Below, piece by piece: positions 54,287-64,000 of a DNA stretch of 64,000 nucleotides. A model generated the notes under the pieces. The model worked only from the letters and a program-made list of their open reading frames with translations. It was not told the origin of the DNA and searched no databases. Position numbers and translations under genes: made by a program. This DNA comes from Octopus sinensis (Eukaryota). Numbering within the stretch: position 1 is the first letter of the stretch; every line of letters starts with the position of its first letter. The stretch covers positions 48,856,001 to 48,920,000 of the forward strand of contig NC_043009.1 in assembly GCF_006345805.1 (NCBI RefSeq), in the 5' to 3' direction.

Positions 54287-54934
54287 GTATACATATATAC
54301 ACACATATATATATACATATGTATACATATATATATACATACATATATATATATTATATATATACACACATATATAATATATAAATGTATGTATGTGTCT
54401 ATATGTGTATGTGTGTATGTATGTATATGTTTGTATGTAATGTATGCGTCCGTGTTTATTATGTTCGCTCGTAAGTGCGCGTATACGCAAATTAGACTGA
54501 GAGAAGAGAAAGCTGGAGAGGGAGAGATGGAGAGAGAGAGAGAGAGAGTGAAAAGAGGAGGGCATAAAGAGTAGGTCACAACTAATTGGCCCAGGAAACT
54601 GTGTGTAGATTCCTATAGTTAAGTTGCACCAAACTAAAATGGGAGATTATTGACCGTGAGGAAGAGAAACAAAAGCAGAGAAAAAAAAAATCCTTTTTAT
54701 TATTTTCTTTTTACTAGATGCCACTCCTATTTTACGGTTGGGTGATTAGAGATATAAAGGGTATCCATCTGTAAAATACAAAAAAAAAAATACAAAAAAA
54801 AATAGATTACTTGCTCCAGCATGATACGGAAACATTCACATTAGCAGAAACACTCAGATACTACACTGCATTATCTATGTAAAGCATGAAAGGAAACCAT
54901 TCGCTGAAGAGAATGTATAAGGATATATAAATAT

Positions 54935-54971
<37 letters not shown>

Positions 54972-55003
54972 ATATATGTAAGTGTGTATATATATGCACA
55001 CAG

Positions 55004-55035
<32 letters not shown>

Positions 55036-55518
55036 GTGTGTGTCTGTGTGCATATATCTACACACTTACATATATATACACACATACATACATACATACA
55101 TACATACATACATACATACATACATACATAAATACATACATATATATATAATACAAAATGGGACAAGAACGCAAAACTTCCGGACAGTTAGGTGATACAA
55201 AAATGTACAGAACAAAGCATCAAGATAGACGATACAATAAAACCAAGGACGGGTCATTCGAAATTTTCTTTCCTCAGTCGAGTACCAGATTATCTTCGCA
55301 ATTTCGGTTGATTATATTCGAGATTGCTCCAATCTGTCCAGCCCCAATGAAAAACTAAGCTAAGAGCATTAGATTCATTGGAAGAAAGCAGCGAATATAT
55401 GCATGTATATATGTATATATATATAGTGTGTAAGTATATATATGCATATATATACATGTACGCATACACACACATATATACATACATACATACAAACATA
55501 CATACATACATACATACA

Positions 55519-55552
<34 letters not shown>

Positions 55553-55889
55553 CATGCATACATACATGCAGTCAAGCCCGAGGCGTCGCTCGAAGAATTG
55601 TATCGAACTTGTACTTATATGACTTGTACTTATTCTATTGGTGTCAATTGCTGCATCACTATGTTAAGTAAGCGATATCAGACTACCAACAGTTGTTAAG
55701 CGGCCTGGGGACAAATACTTACACAAGGACGGACACACACATACGTACGATCACATACACGAGTGTGTTTATATATACATAAATAAATAAATAAATATAT
55801 GTGTATATATATGCGCGTGTGTGTGTGTGTATGTATGTATGTATGTATGTATGTATATACATGCACACACGTATATAAATACATATATA

Positions 55890-56757
55890 CAGGGTGCTGT
55901 GAATATGTTGTCTAAATTATGCAAAAATGAACGTAACACTGACATTTCATTCTAACAGATATATTTATCAAAATTACATAAACATATCTTGAAATACTAA
56001 AGAGTAAATTTATTCAATAAAATCGCCATTGGCGCCACCCACAGCCTCCAGACGATTTGGGAATCTCCTGCAAACTCTTCTGGACGGTCTCCTTGTTTAA
56101 GTTGGTGAAGGCTGCCATAATCGCTGCCTTCTGTTCATCTTTGGTGATACAAGGAGTTTTGTTGGACCCTCGCTCAACTGCGACCCACACATAATAATCA
56201 AGGGTGTTGCAATCTGGAGAGTCAGGTGCCCAGATGTTAGGGGTGATGTGACAGAAATTGTCAGACAACCATGACTCGGTTCTCCTGCTGGTGTGGCATA
56301 GTGCAGAGTCCTGTTGTCAGACATAAAGTCTTCCAGCTGCAACTCTCTTGACCCAGGGCAGCACTACCTCCTCCAGGCACTTGATGTAGGCCTCCGTGTT
56401 GACTCTGCGGCTGTGTGGAAAAATGAATGGAAGTATAACTTCACCATCATTAGTGATCACTCCAAACACCATGATGTTGACTGGATTTTTATCACTCCTC
56501 GGTACATGTCCTCAGATTGCACTGTCCTCACATTGACACCTAAACACTCTGAAATGTTTGCACTGGATCTTCCGTCGCGAATGCCAAGCAGTACAGCATG
56601 TCGTTTCCAAATTTCTAGCAGAGTGAATTTCATCAGGGTGCTGTTTTCTCACAGATGTTGCTTAACTCATCCTACTATACTGTGTAGTCGACAAAATCGA
56701 AACCAAACAATGGGCAACCGCGAAATTAAGAATATAAAATAGCACAATTTTTCCATA
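55890..56757 (-). mobile_element. Tc1/mariner maT (DD37D-like) transposon, internally deleted pseudogene
   Basis: TA|CAGGGTG end at 55888-55896; minus strand MKFTLLEIWKRHAVLLGIRDG...RTVQ joined directly to NIMVFGVI...V*QQDSALCH...WAPDSPDCNTLDYYVW; 36 residues between the last two D in this copy. Confidence 0.88.
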
Positions 56758-56924
56758 TATATACATATATGTTTTATTTTCAACTATATACTTTAGCTTA
56801 TAGGTAATCTCTAGCATCATTTTTAAATGTTTGCCGATTGCTTCTAACTTATATTTACTAAGCAGTTCATTAAAACATTTGGGAAAATTAGTAAAATTCG
56901 AGGGACTGCCCCTTTGGTGGAACT

Positions 56925-57975
56925 AGATCAACTGACCATTTGACGAAGTTCGAACAACTGACTAACTTCGACGAACTGATCACTAGAGGGAAAATGGTCA
57001 GCTGAACATTTGATGAAATATGAGCAACTGGCTGTTTGCACAATTCGATCTACTCAAATTTTGATAGAATGCAACTTAACTGACCGATTAACGAAATTTG
57101 GTCAACTGACCATTTAAAGCCATTCGATCAACTGAACTTTTAATGAAATTCGATCAAATGAAATTATGATCAAATTGGATTAACTGACCGCTTAACGAAA
57201 TTCAGTCAATTGACTGGTTAGGAAAATTCAATCTACTGACAGTTTCATGAAATTCGATCAACCGATCTCTGGGAAAATCTTATCAACTGACCGTCTGAAG
57301 AATTTCAGGCAACTAACTGTTTTAATTGACAGTCTAAGAAAACTTGGTCAACTATATATTTAGTCATTATCAGTCAATTGCATATTTGGAGTGATACGAT
57401 CAACTGATCATTATGGAAAATTCGATCAATTTTCGATCAATTTCGATCAGCTATCCGATTGTAGGAATTCAGTCAACTGACCACTTAGGGAAATTCCATC
57501 AATTGTTCGTTTGGGTATATTCGATCAATTCTGCATCTAAGGAAATCGATCAGCTGTCCAATTCGATTAAGTGTATTCTTAAGGAACTGCATCAACTCAC
57601 ACTTTAAAGAAATTCAACCAAATGACATTTGAGTTATTCGATCCAATGATCATTTTGGAACATTCTATGAATTGTCCATTTGGAGCGATTCTATCAATTC
57701 TCCACTTGAGTTATTCGATCTGTTGATCATTTAGGGACATTTTATGAATTGTCCACTTGGAGCGATTCGATCAATTGCCCACTTGAGTTATTCGATCCAT
57801 TGATCATTTTGGAACATTCTATGAATTGTGCATTTGGAGCGATTCGATCAATTGTCCACTTGGAACGACTCGATCAATTGTCCACTTGAGTTATTCGATC
57901 CATTGATCATTTAGGAATATTCTATGAATTGTCCGTTTGGAGCGATTCGATCAATTGTCCGTTTAAGTTATTCGA
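56925..57975. repeat. ~26-bp minisatellite with a 77-bp trimeric higher-order repeat at its right end
   Basis: Core ttcgatcaa(c/t)tg; gagttattcg at 57631, 57708, 57785, 57888 and (aagttattcg) 57965, i.e. spacings 77, 77, 103, 77. Confidence 0.9.
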
Positions 57976-58363
57976 AACAAAGGTCTATCTATCTATATAT
58001 CTATCTATCTTTCTCTCTCTCTCTCCCTCTCCCTCTCTCTCTCTCTCTCCCTACATATATGTATATGTCATGTGTGTATGCGTGTGCTTTCGTACTTATT
58101 TCTTATTACTTGGTAAATGGTGTGCGTTAACGTCTTCGTAACTTAGCGGTTCGATAAAAGGAAATTCGATAAAATAAGTACCTGAATTTGAATATATACC
58201 AGGTAGTTGGTGGGTGTGTTTGACTGACTAATGTTTTACAAAAAATGACTCCCGCGTTGCCGCAGTAGCAAAGAAATTTTAACCGCTTAAGTTTTACGCG
58301 AACTATTTTTCTATAACTCACATTATGTGTTTTATTCAAAGATGGAATTTTTGCAATGCTGAG

Positions 58364-58581
58364 TTGATCGAATTATTCCGGACTCCCAGTTGATCGAATA
58401 TCTCAACCTTCCAGTTTATCGAATTTTTCCTAAACGGACAATTGATCGAATCGCTCCAAATGGAAAACTCTTAGAATTACCCCCAAATGATCAATGGACA
58501 ATTGATCGAATCGCTCCAACTGAACAATTCATAGAATGTCCCTAAATGATCAATGGATCGAATAACTCAAGTGGACAATTG
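58364..58581. repeat. Inverted block of the same 26/77-bp minisatellite
   Basis: ttgatcgaatcgctccaa...aaatgatcaatggatcgaataactcaagtggacaattg is the reverse complement of the HOR unit. Confidence 0.88.
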
Positions 58582-59941
58582 CTCAAATCGATTACATTGA
58601 CCCCAGTGCTCTACTGGTACTTATTTCCATCTCTTATTTTATGATATTAAGATGGCAGTGTTAATATTAAGCATACAAACTGATCACTTCACTTCTTTAT
58701 TGTTGAAAGTCAGTCGGTTAAATATTTTAACCAATCAACTAATCCATTGTTTAATTAATCATCAATCTGTCTATCTATCTTTTAGGTTTCGTCGCCTTAC
58801 GCAACCTCATCAATGACACACTCTCTCTACTCCATGTCTGCTCCGGAATTGCTTCAGGTCTGTATATCTGTCTTTCTGTCTATCTATCTGCCGGTCTATA
58901 TTTGAGACTGGAATGCCTCTGAGTCTCGGTTTCTTGGTGCAGAGCTAAAGGGTTGCCACACACTACCAGTGACAACAACAAAAATAACAACAGCAGCTGC
59001 AGCAACAGCAACAACAAAATATGAAGTTTTGAATCAACTTCAATAAGCCCCATGTGGCTGTTGTCGACATTATTTAGTAATTTACTAATCTCAGTTTCCT
59101 TACTGCTTGTTGACGGAAGTAATCAAACAGATACAGTAAATTATTGATTCCTCTTATTTGCAAATTGCGACAATGTTTATTTAGAAGAAGAAGAATAAAC
59201 ATTTAAAGAATGCATTCAGCCATTAAACGAGTTGAACTCGTTAGCTACGCCACTGGAACTAAATACGGTAAGATATCCAGTTTCGTGAAATACGATTGTT
59301 TTTCTGTCGTTGTTTTGTGTTAAATTATCATTGTCTGCCACCCTTTCACTTTACGGAGGAGCACCTACGAAATTGTTTTGCATGTTAAAAATCGCAGCCA
59401 ATTTTCCTCATACAAAGTTCAGCGAAAACTTTTCCCAGAATCACCGTTTTTAGATAAATGCTTCAACGGCAGTGCACAATCTGCGCCAGTTTATCCCACA
59501 GTAATAACTAAAAGAAGAATCGATAAACCACTAGCTACATGAGGACACTGTTACCTTCTCCTTATTTATTTTAGTACCACACCAATGGCCGTGTAAAGTA
59601 CTGGAAGTTTTTCTGTCACCCTGTGTGCTACATAGTACCAACTAAAAGCTTGACTGAACCATATGTTACACTACTTAGTCGATATTGACTTTTATTATAT
59701 TTTTATTTCCTTCATACAATTCATGGGATGAACGCAGAAGCACAAGAATACAAATAATGATGTATATATTTATTCTTAAGATGCTCTGGCACATTTGAAC
59801 TTGAATTTGTTAGGGCCCTGTTGGCACTAAATCTTTTGACCGTTTAGTCCAAGATATTAATAGATTATGCCATTCTTTCCAAGGACGGAGTTCGGGATGT
59901 GGACACATAGAAGCGCTGATGTTCATATCTAGAGAAGTATC

Positions 59942-60176
59942 TATTTCTTTACTGCCCACAAAGGGCTAAACATAGAGCGGACAAACAAGGACAGACAAAG
60001 GGATTAAGTCGATTACATCGACCCCAGTGCGTAACTGGTACTTTATTTATCGACCCCGAAAGGATGAAAGGCAAAGTCAACCTCGGCGGAATTTGAACTC
60101 AGAACGTAACGGCGGACGAAATACGGCTACGCATTTCGCCCGGCGTGCTAACGTTTCTGCCAGCTCGCCGCCTTCC
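59942..60176 (-). mobile_element. SINE family B, full length
   Basis: 14-bp TSD tcta(g/a)agaagtatc at 59928-59941 and 60177-60190. Confidence 0.92.
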
Positions 60177-60889
60177 TCTAAAGAAGTATCGTTGTTGTTC
60201 TTCGATGACAAAAAATCATCAGTGATAATATATTCGCATTCGAATTTGCTAGAACGTATTAAGAATGAATTAATATTGGTGTTTTCTTTTATTCTTAAGA
60301 AAGTAGAGTATGGCTGTAGGAAAATCGACTCCTATTTTTAGAAATTAGAACAATCAAGAAGTGGCCGGTGCGTAGAACATCGCGTAAATTCCACAGAATC
60401 GAGTTTGCGACGCATTTTTATCTCATCTGGTACAAGCCGTTTCCACTTTCGCTGTTTATATCTTAGGGAAATGAATGAATTTCCTAAACCTTATGTCACA
60501 CAAACCCGTTCAAATATGAGACCTTTCTTCCTAGCGAATCAAATATCCATTCATCTCATGCAAAAGTGCAATATATCAAGGTATTTCTTAATCAGAGCAA
60601 TCAACTGTCAATGGATGATCGATTTTACAGATGTCAGGAATTGATGTAACAGGAATAGTGACGAACATGTCTAAATTCAAGTATGTTTGCTGAACAACAG
60701 AAATGACTAACACTAAATCGAACGTAGATCATAAATTTAGTTTCGTAGTTTCCTATCACCTATATACGATATAACATTGATCCAAACATAATAATAATAA
60801 TCTAAACTTTGAAACAACATAAACATTAGTTTGCTAAAAATCTGTCAAGTTGCCAAAGCAGTGTATTGCACAAAATTATCACATCATCC

Positions 60890-61600
60890 AGTTTGGAAAA
60901 TGGGGTACCAGAGATCAGTTTTCTCACCCATTATTCTTACGACCTGCCACACGTCTCCACTAAATGTAAATACGGTTTTATACTCATATAACATCACATT
61001 CACGTCTATATGTCCCAAGATACTTATGCAGTATTACTTCAACCTCATATAAATCACACCGATATCTGACTTCACGGTAACAGAATTAAAGTGGTGGTCA
61101 CCAAATCCACTATAAATACAAATTCAACCAAGCATCACACTCAAAAACATAATACGCCTACCACAAACAGAGAAGATCACGAACAGTTACATACAACTCT
61201 TCTGCAAAGTTCATAACACAAATAGAAGATATAGCAAAGCAAATAAAACGATGCAGAGACATGGTTACAACCATCACGAGAAGGGCATTTAACCAACATG
61301 AATAAATAAACTACAAAATTGACATAGAAACAATCCAATTGATTCATCACAAGTTATGCTAGCCCTACATGGAACTAATCTCTCCACAGTATATCGCAAT
61401 AAACTTCAAAGAATGCATAACAGGGCATTATGTATTATAACCGATTACGCACAGATCACAGTTGGTGACTAATTACATAAGCTAAAATATTAAATAATGA
61501 ATGATCGCCTGAACATGGAAAGGGCACAGTTTGTAGCCGCTGCAAACTTCAATCCCCTCTACATGAAAACCCACCATCAAACATCCAAGAACACAACTAA
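60890..61600 (+). pseudogene. Highly decayed non-LTR RT remnant (I/Jockey-group-like)
   Basis: Residual motifs TVLYSYNITFTS, TKST and NKLQRMHNRALCIIT across many stops. Confidence 0.4.
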
Positions 61601-63944
61601 AATAAAATCCTAAAAAGTACCATCTTTCTTACAGAGCTCAGACAAATATATAAGGATACATGCATATGCAACGAGATTGTGAGTTCGAGTCTTGAACAGG
61701 GTAGTGAGTTGTGTTCTAGAGAAAATCATTTCATTTCGCGATGCTCTGCGATCGCTTCGACATTTTACGTTTGGTATACCGTACACCTGTACAAGCAATG
61801 TCAATATGATGGAAAGGTTGAGCTAAAGTGCAACGCAAACATTTGATCTCTATAAGCAAATCATGTGTGAAGTTTTCACAGCAAGAAATTACAGAGCCTT
61901 CTTTCTCGGACATCGAGAGAATGCCATTATTATAGTTATATACTGAATATGGTCATAAACGTAAAATAATCATACACTGGTGAGCAGTGAGTGTGCAATA
62001 TATGCAGGTTGTCACAATGCAGCTCATATAATTTACTACTGCATCTGACATTGTGTCGCATATTTCTCACCTCGGCGGCGGGATACATATCTGGGTAGAT
62101 ACAGCTTGGATGTTATCTCATCGTTCGGCCGACTACAGATGCCATAGAAACGCTTGATTAGGGTTAAGCACAATAACAACAGCAACAGAAATGGCGTGAT
62201 GGAGTTTATTTGCTTTTATATGTCTCGCCCATCATTGTTTTTTTTTTCTCATCAGGTTTGGGCCGAGGCTAAACATCAATAAGAAGAACGATCGAACATG
62301 TAAACAATTGTACCCCCTGTGAGAGAAACAGCAATCAAAACACTTTTATATCACACCGTACCACTTCAGAATAGGTGACATTAGGCAATACTAAGACTAG
62401 CTGAACAAACTAGAACGCATTTAATGCAACGCATTTAACCATCGGTCAGCAGGATCAAATTTGACTCGGGAATGAACAATAAGAATAAAAATAACTGTAA
62501 TTTGGTGCACTGTTGGCACCAAATATTTGACCATTTAGTTCAGTCATGAGAAAAATGCGACTCGCCGGGCTTTCGGAAAGGTACACCGAACGAAAAAGCA
62601 TCATTGGTATTTTTTGGTTGCGCGGCCTTTCCTGATGATGACGCATGTCTTATATTGCCTGCTTCCCCAAAAAGGGGTTGCCTAAACGTGATTTAGTCTG
62701 AGATAAATACACATCATATCGAAGGAATGGATTCAGGATGTAGACAAATGTACGTACTGAGGCTCATACCTTAACCAAGAGTGTTTCTGAGACAAAAGAA
62801 ATATCGGCAACAGAATCGAATCCGGATCGCTAAATTGCATCTTTAGTAGCATATCATCACATAAGCATCAACGTTTGCCGTTCGTCGTATCAATCTCTTA
62901 ATGATCTTTTAATGAGATCAACCGATGTCGACTTGTAATGTTTTGTGCAAATAAAAGCATTCGTTATTTTATTTTATGTATGTATGAATAGATAGAAAAT
63001 ACTGTTATGTAATTCCTTAAGGGAGTTGCAAGCAAATACTTCGTTCATCTAGAGAAGTGTTTATTGAATAGAGACAAAGAGAACTAATACAAATGAATCG
63101 ATAATTTATACTGGTCTCAAGTGAGAGGTGTTGAGTTGTTGAGCTAAATACGACAACGCTGCCTTGTAAATAGAACAGCAGAAAGGATGTAGTTAGAAAC
63201 CACCACTACTATCAACAACAACAGTAACAACAACAATAATAATAATATTAGTTTAGGATTGTCAGCAGGACAACAGATGTTATAAAACTAAGGATGTGGA
63301 TGCGACTTAGTCAGTGGTTGATGCGAAATCCTTCGTTGTCAATAGATAAAAATAATATCAAAGCTATTGGCGAAAGTCCACGAGAGATGATTGATATCGT
63401 TTAATGCTGTTGATCTAATACACAGCAGTCATTACAGCTATAATACTGTTCCTATTTCCGCGTCTGTAATTCGCAGTTGATACTAATGCCATAACTGGAA
63501 TAAATAAGGAGTTCGGTTAAAGAGCTGGCTAGTACAATTGAATCGTTCCCTTGTCCGTACGCGTAGCTTCAATGTGGATCATTAAAAGAGTCGAACTGAA
63601 CTCAGTTAATGATATCATCACGGTCCAGGGTCTTCGCTTAGAAATATGTAATTAAATGAATTATTACTTCTAACAGTAGGAAATTTGTGGAGATTCAGGT
63701 AGCTTTCGTAAGCTACTAGTACTGAGTTCGGATCTTCTCTCTGCTCTGGGCCTTCACACAAGTTTTTATAGACTTTTTGTAAACCATGGAAGGGTGCGAA
63801 CATGAAATGGGTAAATGGCTTCAAATTCTTGGGATCGTAGACAGGAAGCTCCGGCAGAAGCAACGGTCAGTTTTGGTCAGTATTGAACGGGATGTCTGCA
63901 ATATGGTCAAACAAACCTAATGACCTCAAAATATCTGTTAATCC

Positions 63945-64000
63945 TTTACTTGTTTCAGTCATTATACTGCGGCCATACTGGGGCACCGCCTTGAGAGATT
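63945..64000 (-). mobile_element. SINE family A 3' tail, cut by the window edge
   Basis: tttacttgtttcagtcatt...tgcggccatactggggcaccgcc. Confidence 0.8.

Noticed and set aside
56925-57975. CRISPR-like appearance of regularly spaced TCGATCAA motifs
   Set aside because: Units are contiguous tandem repeats with no unique spacers; eukaryotic context and no cas genes.
63618-63863. 81-aa non-repetitive minus-strand ORF
   Set aside because: In-frame stop just upstream, no recognisable motif and no convincing splice sites; cannot support as an exon.

Overview
AT-rich, microsatellite-saturated animal DNA, most likely octopus/coleoid cephalopod (inferred from the tRNA-derived SINE families and the repeat landscape). 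I found no credible host protein-coding exon, tRNA, rRNA or CRISPR array; most ORFs in the track are translations of (TA)n/(CA)n/(GATA)n or trinucleotide repeats. The window is a transposon graveyard: at least 20 SINE copies from about four families, two decayed Penelope-like elements (PLEs; one RT part, one GIY-YIG part), an R4/Dong fragment, a LINE 3' end sharing its tail with the commonest SINE, a maT-type Tc1/mariner deletion derivative, a non-autonomous Helitron, two long foldback/MITE palindromes, a 26/77-bp higher-order minisatellite and a 1.49-kb tandem duplication that looks like an assembly artefact. The most interesting signal is a set of hammerhead ribozyme (HHR) motifs. One is fully canonical (6448-6492) and sits in a 435-nt unit with a terminal direct repeat, resembling a non-autonomous retrozyme. 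A second, minimal HHR with one extra core nucleotide (23836-23872, minus) has a CpG-decayed sister copy (42869-42907). Two degenerate cores lie just downstream of the PLE remnants. All folds and translations were done by eye.
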